This document shows positions 1 through 8,342 of a stretch of 64,000 nucleotides of DNA, one piece after another (positions within the stretch are counted from its first letter, which is position 1; each line of letters opens with the position of its first letter). Source of the DNA: an uncultured Eubacterium sp. (GTDB lineage: Bacteria; Bacillota; Clostridia; Lachnospirales; Lachnospiraceae). The notes beneath the pieces were generated by a model. That model had not been told where the DNA came from. It did not search any database and saw only the letters and a list, made by a program, of their open reading frames with translations. The stretch spans positions 5,544 to 69,543 of the forward strand of contig NZ_CAKRAS010000005.1 in NCBI RefSeq assembly GCF_934295145.1, read 5' to 3'. The translations under genes were made by a program, and so were the position numbers.

Positions 1-874
1 GATTGAAAAAGAAAAAATTTCGAGCAAAAGCAGAATACTATTTGTTAATGATGGAAGCAGAGATAAAACATGGGAAATTATAAAAAATCTGGCGGAAAAG
101 GATGAACATTATATTGGTATTTGCCAAAGCAGAAATCGAGGACATCAAAATGCTGTATTGGCAGGCTTAATGGAAGCAAAAAAATATGCGGATATTACAA
201 TTTCTATTGATTGCGATGGACAGGACGATATTACTGCTATGGAAGCTATGATAAATGAATATCATAATGGATGTGAAATTGTATATGGTGTCAGAAGTAA
301 ACGAGATACAGATACTTTTTTTAAAAGAGTAACAGCAGAAGGCTTTTACAAGTTGCTGAATACTATGGGAGCAGAAGTTGTTTATAATCATGCAGATTAT
401 CGATTAGTTTCCCAAAAAGTGTTGGAAGCATTTTCTGAGTTTAAAGAAGTGAATCTGTTTTTGAGAGGCATGTTTCCACTTGTGGGATTTAAAAGTACAT
501 CTGTTTATTACGAGCGGCAGGAACGTATGGCTGGTAAATCTCATTATCCACTCAGAAAAATGCTTGCTTTGGCATTTGATGGTATAACAAGTCTGTCGGT
601 TAAGCCTATCCAGATGATTACTAATTTCGGAATATTGGTGTCAATTATAGGATTTATAGGAGTTATATGGGCTGTTATTAGCTGGGCACTTGGAAATACG
701 GTTTCGGGCTGGGCAAGTATGATATGTGTGATATGTTTTATTGGCGGTGTTCAATTATTGTGTACAGGTGTGATTGGTCAGTACATTGGGAAAGTTTATA
801 TGGAAACAAAACATCGTCCACGTTATATCATAAGTGATCGAACATATGAAAAGCAAAATATGGATGACAAATAG
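1..874 (+). CDS. Family-2 glycosyltransferase, GtrB/DPM1-like polyprenyl-phosphate glycosyltransferase (5' end cut by window edge)
   Basis: Frame is open from base 2 (IEKEKISSKSRILFVNDGSRDKTWEII...), so the listed start at 158 is internal. It has a GT2 core with IDCDGQDD and two C-terminal hydrophobic helices, as in GtrB-type enzymes. Confidence 0.7.
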   Translation, partial: IEKEKISSKSRILFVNDGSRDKTWEIIKNLAEKDEHYIGICQSRNRGHQNAVLAGLMEAKKYADITISIDCDGQDDITAMEAMINEYHNGCEIVYGVRSKRDTDTFFKRVTAEGFYKLLNTMGAEVVYNHADYRLVSQKVLEAFSEFKEVNLFLRGMFPLVGFKSTSVYYERQERMAGKSHYPLRKMLALAFDGITSLSVKPIQMITNFGILVSIIGFIGVIWAVISWALGNTVSGWASMICVICFIGGVQLLCTGVIGQYIGKVYMETKHRPRYIISDRTYEKQNMDDK

Positions 875-901
875 TATAAGATTGATATGGCAATAAAAGT
901 A

Positions 902-934
902 GGACGGGAAGATAAAAGATAAGTCTTCCCGTCC
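902..934. terminator. Bidirectional hairpin between convergent genes
   Basis: Perfect 11-bp GC-rich stem, ggacgggaaga (902-912) with tcttcccgtcc (924-934), and an 11-nt loop. It sits between the stop at 874 (+) and the stop at 955 (-). Confidence 0.7.
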
Positions 935-954
935 GTATTTATTATCTGGAAATC

Positions 955-2526
955 TTAATAACTGAACTCCCGGTCTTCTCCAGCTCCAAATCGAATCAGA
1001 TTGATTTTCCGGCTTTCTGGTCGGATTACAACGACATCCCAGCAGTCCTCTGTATAAGTGTTCAGTTGACGAGTTGGTTTAGTTGCCCCCGCCGGCCACA
1101 GTTTGGGATCACCATTCTCATTTTCAAATCGCTGACAGTTTGTCATGATTGACAAATAAGGTGAGGTAAAGGCTGTGTCTACATGATTATGTCCGCTGAA
1201 CATGGCAATGATTTCTTTGCCGGAATTTTTATATTCAGCAAGAAGGGCCTGCACTTTATATCCGTTATAACAATACTTGTTATCGTAGTCATGGGAGGAT
1301 TCGGGATCCATATGTGTAAATACACAGATAGAATATCCGTCAGGAGTCTGAAGTGCTGTATTTTCCAACCAGTCTACGGTCTCATCGGAATATCCATATC
1401 TTCCCTCTACGTTTGCATTCAGCCAGATGAAACGTACTTTATAATCTGGCAGATCTTTATAGTAATTTGTACCGGACATAGATGAATCCATGACAACATC
1501 ATGTGTTAATTGCAAATAAGATTTTTCAATCTGATCCAGGTTGAATAATTTTTTATATCGGTTATCATCATGATTTCCGATACACGGATAATATGGAATA
1601 CCAATGCCCTGGAACAATTGCATGAGATAATTATTTCTGGATAAAGTCTCCTGTTGAGAAGTATCTCCATCAGTGTTATCTCCTAAATTAATGACTCCAA
1701 GACACGAAATTTCCCGGGTAAAATATCCGATATTCACAATTGCATCCTGAATCAATTCAGGAGCTTCTGTATTGGACATGTAATGGATATCTGTAATAAG
1801 TGGAAAAACAAGTGTAGGTTCTGTCTGCAGAGATTTTACAGTATCAATTGTTTTTTTCATTTCTTCCTGATAATAAGACTTAAGTTGGATTTTGGAACTG
1901 TCGTTTACTTCCAAAAGAACATTGCCCTTTGAAACCTGATAATATCTGCCGTTTACCTGACATAATCCGGTATAGTCGTAATTTACTTTCCCATTCTGAA
2001 TCAGCCAACGGCTGTTTTTTCCATCAGCAACAGTAGTTGCACTATAATCTACCTTTCCATTGCGGCAGTACCAGGTTCCATTTTTATTATCAGCTAAGCC
2101 GGTATAATTGAAATTAACCTTTCCATTTTGAATAAACCACCACCCATCGGAGTTTTTTGCTAATTTATTGGCAGAAAAATCGACAAAACCATTCGAAGAG
2201 ATGTACCACCACCCATTTGAATTTTGGGCAACAGTTTCTTGCTTTTGCAATTTCCCATTGTTTACAAGTCCCCAGGGAGCATAATTGTGATATGTTCCAT
2301 GCAAGATACCGTCAGCATGAAAGTCAACTTTTCCGTTGTGGCAATACCAGGTGCCATATTTGTTATCGGCAAAGCCGGTATAGTTAAAATTGACCTTGCC
2401 GTTTTGGATGACCCACCATCCATTTGAATTTTTAGCAACAGTGTCAGCAGAAAAATCAACAAATCCATTCGAAGAGATGTACCACCAACCGTTGGAATTT
2501 TGGGCAACAGTTTCCTGCTTTTGCAA
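955..2526 (-). CDS. Cell-wall-binding-repeat protein with C-terminal calcineurin-like metallophosphoesterase domain (N-terminus disrupted, see 2538-2627)
   Basis: About 200 aa of ~20-aa NGWW-type repeats, then DIH, GDNTDGD, GNHD, FTH and GHNH motifs in the canonical metallophosphoesterase order. The listed start (TTG at 2526) lies inside a repeat, and the frame stays open up to 2613. Confidence 0.65.
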   Translation of the reverse strand: MQKQETVAQNSNGWWYISSNGFVDFSADTVAKNSNGWWVIQNGKVNFNYTGFADNKYGTWYCHNGKVDFHADGILHGTYHNYAPWGLVNNGKLQKQETVAQNSNGWWYISSNGFVDFSANKLAKNSDGWWFIQNGKVNFNYTGLADNKNGTWYCRNGKVDYSATTVADGKNSRWLIQNGKVNYDYTGLCQVNGRYYQVSKGNVLLEVNDSSKIQLKSYYQEEMKKTIDTVKSLQTEPTLVFPLITDIHYMSNTEAPELIQDAIVNIGYFTREISCLGVINLGDNTDGDTSQQETLSRNNYLMQLFQGIGIPYYPCIGNHDDNRYKKLFNLDQIEKSYLQLTHDVVMDSSMSGTNYYKDLPDYKVRFIWLNANVEGRYGYSDETVDWLENTALQTPDGYSICVFTHMDPESSHDYDNKYCYNGYKVQALLAEYKNSGKEIIAMFSGHNHVDTAFTSPYLSIMTNCQRFENENGDPKLWPAGATKPTRQLNTYTEDCWDVVVIRPESRKINLIRFGAGEDREFSY

Positions 2527-2580
2527 TTTTCCATTGTTTACAAGTCCCCAGAGAGCATAATTGTGATATGTTCCATGCAG
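2029..2580 (-). repeat. Tandem duplication, 2 x 276 bp, inside the repeat region
   Basis: LHGTYHNYA(L/P)[35 protein letters not shown]... occurs twice in register. Copy starts are at 2580 and 2304 on the minus strand, with only scattered substitutions. Confidence 0.8.
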
Positions 2581-2627
2581 GACACCATTATCACCAGTAA
2601 TAGAGTGACTTTTTTAAAAAACTTCAT
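2538..2627 (-). pseudogene. Orphaned translation start: SD + ATG + signal-peptide-like 29-codon ORF, out of frame with the downstream repeat/phosphoesterase ORF
   Basis: Minus strand has GGAGG (2638-2634), a 6-nt spacer and ATG at 2627. It reads MKFFKKVTLLLVIMVSCMEHITIMLSGDL and stops at 2540-2538. The body of the gene is in another frame. Confidence 0.55.
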
Positions 2628-2836
2628 TTCTAACCTCCATCATTTATAAAATGTATTCTCGGAATCTTTCTAAATGAAAAATTCTGAGGCTACATATAAA
2701 TTAAATAATACATAGTGTGTTATGACTATTACACACCATGCAATAGTTTACAATAATTAATAAAATAATTCAAATTATGAAATTATGAAGAAAAGTTAAT
2801 AAAATTATGAAGAAACAGATGGAAGGGGATTGCAAA

Positions 2837-2866
2837 TTGACAGTTCCTGTTTGCATATGCTATATT
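2837..2866 (+). promoter_or_regulatory. Candidate sigma-A promoter for locus A
   Basis: TTGACA (2837-2842), an 18-nt spacer ending in tgc, then TATATT (2861-2866). It lies ~150 nt upstream of the first + strand gene. Confidence 0.5.
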
Positions 2867-3013
2867 TCATTACTGTATGTATAGTATTCTGATCAGAATT
2901 GGTGAGGGAATGATTATTTCTTGTAAAAATAACGAAAAAGTGATAAAGTGAAACATATTAAATACTTGCAGAATGTACGAAATTGTCTGTTGGTATTATA
3001 ATGGAGGAAATTT

Positions 3014-4453
3014 ATGAATTCAAAAAAAGATTATAAGAAAGTTCAGGACAGCAGAATTGTAAGCGTGACAGAATTGCTTTTGGAACTTTTTAGACGAATC
3101 AAGCTAATATTGTTGGCTGCAGTTGTCTTTGCTGTTGCATTGGGCGGATATAAGTACATAAAGGATAAAAAATCCGCAGATATTAGTCCTACGGCGGTGT
3201 CAGTAGAAGAGGCGGGAAAAAGCCTCACAGAGGAAGAACTGGAACAGGTAAGATTAGCAGAATATACACAGACATCTCTGGAAAAAAAACAGGAGTATGC
3301 AGAGAAATCTGTATTGATGCAGCTGGATCCGTATAATGTCAGTACAGCGTCCATTCAGTTCCTCATTGGAACAGATAATAATGAACAGCTGGCGGATCTT
3401 AAATATGCATATTATATGTATGTAAATGATGGACAGTTACTGGAAGATTTAGAAGCCAGCGGAGTAAAAGAAGAAACACAGTATCTGAATGAAATTATCA
3501 GTTATGAAGATGCTTCGGTAAATAATGGAAACAGTACGACTGGCAATATGGTAACAACGAATACCGGTAGTACTTTTGGAGTGAAGGTAAAGTATACAGA
3601 CAAGGAATCCTGTGAAAATCTTGCGGATAGTATTATTTCCTGTATTTCAGATTACGCAAAAACACTGAGTGGAAAAATGTATACTCATACAATAACAATG
3701 GTTAACTGTTCTTATTCTAATATGGTTGATTCTTCTGTTGCGCAGAAACAGTCAGATTGTATGACAGCGATCACTACGCTGAAAGATCAGACAAAACAGT
3801 TAACAGAACAGTTAAGCACGACACAGAAAATTGTTCTGGAAAAAGAGAGTCAGGAAGCATCTTCTGATGAAGATAAAGCAGCAGTTGTAACAAAAGTTTC
3901 TATTAGTAAAAAGTATATTGGACTTGGCGGAGCAATTGGAATTGTTCTTGCCGTTCTCTATATAATGATAGCATATTTGTTACGTGGAACAATCAACTCA
4001 AGTAACGATATTAAATATTTATATAATAGCAGAGTGTTAGCTGAAATCCCGGTATCCGGAAAAAATGTTCTTTACAGAAAAGTGAGAAAGATACTTTTAA
4101 AAGACAGTGCGTCAAATGACAGAGAATCTGCATTAAAGTTACTGGTGTCAAATGTAAAATACGAATGTGAGAAAAATGATATCCACGAAATGATTATGGC
4201 ATACGCATGCGAAGATAAATATATGCAGACATGGGTTGGAGAAGCGGAACAGCAGTTACAGGAAGCAGGAATTAAACTTTGTAAAGTATCAGGTGGATTG
4301 GAACAGGCGCAGGCGGTGGAAGAAATGAGCCGTTTGAAAAATATTGTTCTTGTAGAAAAGCTTTCAGGTGCCCGTTATGAAACCATAACCCGTGAAATGG
4401 AAATCTGCATGGAATATAATATGGATCTTATGGGGATTGTCGCATTAAATTAG
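3014..4453 (+). CDS. Wzz/CpsC-like polysaccharide co-polymerase fused to a degenerate CpsD-like (Walker-A-less) domain
   Basis: GGAGG lies 6 nt upstream. There are two TM segments (LILLAAVVFAVALGGY and IGLGGAIGIVLAVLYIMIAYLL) flanking a long external region. The C-terminus ends IVLVEKLSGARYETITREMEICMEYNMDLMGIVALN, like BY-kinase domains, but has no GxxxxGK[ST]. Confidence 0.6.
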   Translation: MNSKKDYKKVQDSRIVSVTELLLELFRRIKLILLAAVVFAVALGGYKYIKDKKSADISPTAVSVEEAGKSLTEEELEQVRLAEYTQTSLEKKQEYAEKSVLMQLDPYNVSTASIQFLIGTDNNEQLADLKYAYYMYVNDGQLLEDLEASGVKEETQYLNEIISYEDASVNNGNSTTGNMVTTNTGSTFGVKVKYTDKESCENLADSIISCISDYAKTLSGKMYTHTITMVNCSYSNMVDSSVAQKQSDCMTAITTLKDQTKQLTEQLSTTQKIVLEKESQEASSDEDKAAVVTKVSISKKYIGLGGAIGIVLAVLYIMIAYLLRGTINSSNDIKYLYNSRVLAEIPVSGKNVLYRKVRKILLKDSASNDRESALKLLVSNVKYECEKNDIHEMIMAYACEDKYMQTWVGEAEQQLQEAGIKLCKVSGGLEQAQAVEEMSRLKNIVLVEKLSGARYETITREMEICMEYNMDLMGIVALN

Positions 4454-4464
4454 AGGAGACGACA

Positions 4465-4956
4465 ATGACTGAAAGGAAGAGGGGGTACTCAATGAAAAAA
4501 GATAATATAAAAGTATGTTTGGTTGGATCTTCAGGAGGTCACCTGACTCATTTATATATGTTGAAGCCATTTTGGAGTACTAAGGAACGTTTTTGGGTTA
4601 CTTTTGATAAAGAAGATGCACGAAGCTTATTGAAAGATGAAAAAATGTATCCGTGCTATTTTCCGACAAACAGAAGTTTGAAAGCATTGATCAAAAATAC
4701 AAAAATTGCATGGAAAGTACTGAGAAAGGAACGGCCGGATCTGATTATTTCATCAGGAGCAGCAGTATCTGTTCCGTTCTTTTATCTGGGAAAACTGTTC
4801 GGTGCAAAGTTGATTTATGTGGAAGTGTTTGACAGAATCGATAAACCGACAATGTCAGGTAAAATGGTATACCCGATTGCAGATAAATTTATTGTGCAAT
4901 GGGAAGAACAGAAACAGGTATATAAGAAAGCAATCAATTTAGGAAGCATTTTTTAA
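4465..4956 (+). CDS. Alg14-like glycosyltransferase membrane-anchor subunit (Cps14F/PssD type)
   Basis: VCLVGSSGGHLTHLYMLKPFW and RPDLIISSGAAVSVPFFYLGKLFG are typical of Alg14-like proteins. It is immediately followed by its Alg13-like partner. The start could instead be the ATG at 4492. Confidence 0.7.
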   Translation: MTERKRGYSMKKDNIKVCLVGSSGGHLTHLYMLKPFWSTKERFWVTFDKEDARSLLKDEKMYPCYFPTNRSLKALIKNTKIAWKVLRKERPDLIISSGAAVSVPFFYLGKLFGAKLIYVEVFDRIDKPTMSGKMVYPIADKFIVQWEEQKQVYKKAINLGSIF

Positions 4957-4967
4957 AGGAAAAAACA

Positions 4968-5465
4968 ATGATATTTGTAACAGTAGGAACTCACGAACAG
5001 CCTTTTGACCGTCTGGTAAAGGCAATTGATGAGTTAAAAAGGGATCAGCTGATCACTGATGATATATTTATTCAGACGGGGTATAGCACATATTCTCCAA
5101 AATATTGTGAATGGAGTAAGTTTGTACCGTATGCGGATATGGAGAAAAAGATGGCAGAAGCCAGAATCGTTATTACGCATGGTGGGCCGGCAAGCTTTAT
5201 TATGCCTTTGCAGATGGGAAAGACACCTGTGGTAGTGCCAAGACAGGCAGAATATGGAGAACACGTAAACAATCATCAGGTGGAATTTGTTGAAAATGTT
5301 TCAAAGCGTATGGGAACAATTATTCCTGTGTATGATATCGCCGATCTGCAGAATGCCGTATGCAACTATGATACGATTATTTCGACAATGACACAGGGCG
5401 CAAAAAGTCATAATGAAGAATTTAACCGGGAATTTGAAAAAATTGTAGATAATCTATTTCAATAG
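4968..5465 (+). CDS. Alg13-like glycosyltransferase catalytic subunit (GT28 C-terminal domain, Cps14G/PssE type)
   Basis: MIFVTVGTHEQPFDRL... and ITHGGPASF motifs. It is paired with the Alg14-like gene upstream. Confidence 0.7.
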   Translation: MIFVTVGTHEQPFDRLVKAIDELKRDQLITDDIFIQTGYSTYSPKYCEWSKFVPYADMEKKMAEARIVITHGGPASFIMPLQMGKTPVVVPRQAEYGEHVNNHQVEFVENVSKRMGTIIPVYDIADLQNAVCNYDTIISTMTQGAKSHNEEFNREFEKIVDNLFQ

Positions 5466-5479
5466 GATGTAAAGCAACG

Positions 5480-6580
5480 ATGAAAACAAAAAAGAAAAAG
5501 GTATTGATAATCAGTACAGTTGGTTTAAAATATGAAGGAATTACCAGTGTGATCCTGGCAAATCTGGAGGCTATGAAGCGGGATGATCTTGAAATTTATC
5601 TGGCTGGAACGATAGAAGTGCATCCGGAAATTGAGGAGAAGATCACTGGACTTGGATGTGAGATCATTGATCTCCCAAACAGAAGAACAGATACCACAGC
5701 ATATTTTAAAGCACTGGTCAGAGTGATTCGAAGAAAGAAAATTGATGTAGTTCATGCACATGGTAACAGTGCAACTATGACAATTGAAATGGCGGCGGCT
5801 TTTTTTGGAGGATGCAGATGTCGAATCGCGCATTCACATAATACCTGTTGCGAACAGGTAAGGGCGGATAAGATGTTACGCCCTTTCTTTTATTTGTTGT
5901 GTAACAAAAATCTGGCATGTGGTGAAGCGGCAGGAGAATGGCTTTTTGGAAACCGTCCGTTTACGATTATTGCAAATGGCCGAAATATTGAAAAATATAA
6001 ATTTGATTCGGAGATACGCAGGTCGATAAGGGAAAAGTATCACTGGGAAAATAAGACGGTAATCGGACATGTCGGCGGTTTTTTACCGCAGAAAAATCAT
6101 GCATTTTTAATAGATATATTTCAGGCTGTTCATAAGAAACAGCCGGATACAGAGCTGGTTTTGTTTGGGGACGGACCATTGCGTGGAGAGACAGAACAGA
6201 AGGTTGAAAAGCTGGGATTAAAAGATTGTGTGAAATTTATGGGACTATCAGATCAGGTGAATTGTTTCCTGCAGGCGATGGATGGTATGCTTCTTCCGTC
6301 TGTGTTTGAGGGACTTCCGCTTGTTGCTGTTGAGTGGCAGATCGCAGCACTTCCGTGTGTATTGTCGAATGAAGTTACAACAGACTGTGCTTTTTCTGAT
6401 TTAGTGGAATTTTGCTCATTAGAAGAAAACCCGGATGTGTGGGCTGATATTTTGTTGAAGAAAATTAAAAATACAGACAGAAATGAAGAAGCTTTGAATG
6501 TGATAGCTGAGACAAAAAGATCTGGGTTTGATATACGGGATAATGCAGAGTTACTACATGACATATACTGCGGAAAATAA
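5480..6580 (+). CDS. GT4-family (GT-B) glycosyltransferase
   Basis: It has VHAHGNSA in the N-domain. The C-domain has GRL-type (IGHVGGF), LPSVFEGLPLVAVEWQ and E-x7-E-like motifs. Confidence 0.7.
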   Translation: MKTKKKKVLIISTVGLKYEGITSVILANLEAMKRDDLEIYLAGTIEVHPEIEEKITGLGCEIIDLPNRRTDTTAYFKALVRVIRRKKIDVVHAHGNSATMTIEMAAAFFGGCRCRIAHSHNTCCEQVRADKMLRPFFYLLCNKNLACGEAAGEWLFGNRPFTIIANGRNIEKYKFDSEIRRSIREKYHWENKTVIGHVGGFLPQKNHAFLIDIFQAVHKKQPDTELVLFGDGPLRGETEQKVEKLGLKDCVKFMGLSDQVNCFLQAMDGMLLPSVFEGLPLVAVEWQIAALPCVLSNEVTTDCAFSDLVEFCSLEENPDVWADILLKKIKNTDRNEEALNVIAETKRSGFDIRDNAELLHDIYCGK

Positions 6581-6615
6581 GCAGTATATGTTTGCAGTAA
6601 GGAAGGAAGAACAAT

Positions 6616-7146
6616 ATGAAAAAGGTAATCATAGGATGCAAGAGTGTATTTACCTATATGAAATATAAAATATTATACGGGAATCGTATACAAATGGCAA
6701 AAATCAATTCACTGAAAGGCAGGATTGAGATAGATCTGTTTTCAGATGCAAAATGCAGGATTGGTAATTTTTTGATGACGGCAGGACCTTTTTATATAAA
6801 GTGTACGGATAAGGCGGAGATTACAATAGGTGATAACTGCTTTTTTAATCATAATTGCAGTCTGACGGCAGCAGAGAATATTGTGATAGGCAATCAGTGC
6901 ATGTTTGCAAATAATTTTGTGGTGGTGGATCATGACCATGACAGAAAAGATGGAAAAATATTAAAAGAATTGGTGAGTGCACCTGTTAAAATCGGAAATA
7001 ATGTATGGTGTGGTGCAAATGTAACTGTATTAAAAGGGGTTACGATTGGCGATGGTGCGGTCATAGCTGCCGGCTCTGTTGTAAACAGAGATGTAGCTGC
7101 TTATTCCGTTGTTGCAGGAGTTCCGGCACGAAAAATTAGTAAGTAA
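6616..7146 (+). CDS. Hexapeptide-repeat (LbH) O-acetyltransferase
   Basis: It carries [35 protein letters not shown] hexapeptide repeats. An RBS (aaggaagg) lies upstream. Confidence 0.7.
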   Translation: MKKVIIGCKSVFTYMKYKILYGNRIQMAKINSLKGRIEIDLFSDAKCRIGNFLMTAGPFYIKCTDKAEITIGDNCFFNHNCSLTAAENIVIGNQCMFANNFVVVDHDHDRKDGKILKELVSAPVKIGNNVWCGANVTVLKGVTIGDGAVIAAGSVVNRDVAAYSVVAGVPARKISK

Positions 7147-7160
7147 GGATTGATAATTGT

Positions 7161-8306
7161 ATGACTGCAAAGGTACGTGAGATTAATATACATAATATAA
7201 TCGGTTATTTTATCCTAATCCCATTTTTAAATCCAAGAGGATTTTATGATGTCGTTCCGCTTTATAAGCCATTCATGACGGCGTGGGTATATCTGGCGCT
7301 GCTCCTGATTATATTTGAGATGTGTTTACAATATAGAGGAAATTTAATTCATATGGAAAAAAAGGCGGAGATTGCTGTTTTTTCCTATTTTGCAGCTGTG
7401 ATTTTGATTACATTGACAGCACAGGGAGGTTTACATGAGGGGTTACAGAATATAATAGCAACTCCTTTTTTGTGTGTATATGCCATTTTATGTCTGCGCA
7501 ATGATCCAAAGCATTTTATAAAAATGATATCCAATATCCTGATCGTTTTATTTTTGTTGAACCTGACAATATTCAACCCATATATTATGCAATATAAGAT
7601 TGCAGAATATCATATTATTTTTCTGGGACATATTCAGGTGGCAGCGCAGTTTGGGGCATTGGGAATTTTGTGTGGAGCATTGGAATTCAGGAGTAGAAAG
7701 AAAACTGCATTGTTGCTGGAAATTCTTTCTGCCTTAACAATGTTGACCAGTAATGCTGCCAGTGCTATTTTAATTGTAGTGCTGCTTGTTGTGTTTATTG
7801 TTTTAGTAATCTTTAAAGTATATGGTATCTTTTGTAAAGGAATTCCAATTTATATCGTGCTATATACAATATTTAGTGCAATTCTGGTTATGGTGAATGT
7901 TCGTTTGCCAGGTTTTGTGATTTCAATGTTGAATTCGAGACAGAGTATTTGGGCAGTAGCACTTCAACATATAAAAGAAGCTCCAGTGATTGGCTATGGC
8001 GTTCAGGGAGTGACTTTGGAATTATACTGGGGTGGAAAGTTTAACTATGCACATAGTCAATTTGCACAAAATCTGCTGGATGGCGGAATTGTATTGTCGA
8101 TTCTGTTTTTTGTTATGTTTGTTGCAGTGGCATTTTGTGTCAGAAAGACAGAGAATAAGATTTTAAGAAGCATAGGAACTTTAACAATGATCGCATTTAT
8201 GTGTGTTGCATTGTTTGACAGTGTTTCTTTTTACCCGTATTTTATGCTTACATTAATGATATTGCTGTATTTACCGGATATTTCAAAAATACAGAGCAGA
8301 ACATGA
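7161..8306 (+). CDS. wzy: Wzy-type polymerase / O-antigen-ligase-family membrane protein
   Basis: Polytopic membrane protein containing RQSIWAVALQHIKEAPVIGYGVQG...YAHSQFAQNLLDGGIV, the Wzy_C-like loop motif. The gene is AT-rich. Confidence 0.65.
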   Translation: MTAKVREINIHNIIGYFILIPFLNPRGFYDVVPLYKPFMTAWVYLALLLIIFEMCLQYRGNLIHMEKKAEIAVFSYFAAVILITLTAQGGLHEGLQNIIATPFLCVYAILCLRNDPKHFIKMISNILIVLFLLNLTIFNPYIMQYKIAEYHIIFLGHIQVAAQFGALGILCGALEFRSRKKTALLLEILSALTMLTSNAASAILIVVLLVVFIVLVIFKVYGIFCKGIPIYIVLYTIFSAILVMVNVRLPGFVISMLNSRQSIWAVALQHIKEAPVIGYGVQGVTLELYWGGKFNYAHSQFAQNLLDGGIVLSILFFVMFVAVAFCVRKTENKILRSIGTLTMIAFMCVALFDSVSFYPYFMLTLMILLYLPDISKIQSRT

Positions 8307-8342
8307 TTTTGTATACAGGTTGTGAATGAGGAGAATTAACAT

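Noticed and set aside
2640-3013. Invertible promoter (inverton) upstream of the glycopolymer loci. The intergenic region 27775-27919 was also checked.
   Set aside because: I found only short palindromes (14 bp at 2886-2899 and 7+7 bp near 27830). No pair of longer inverted repeats brackets a promoter, and the window has no recombinase gene.
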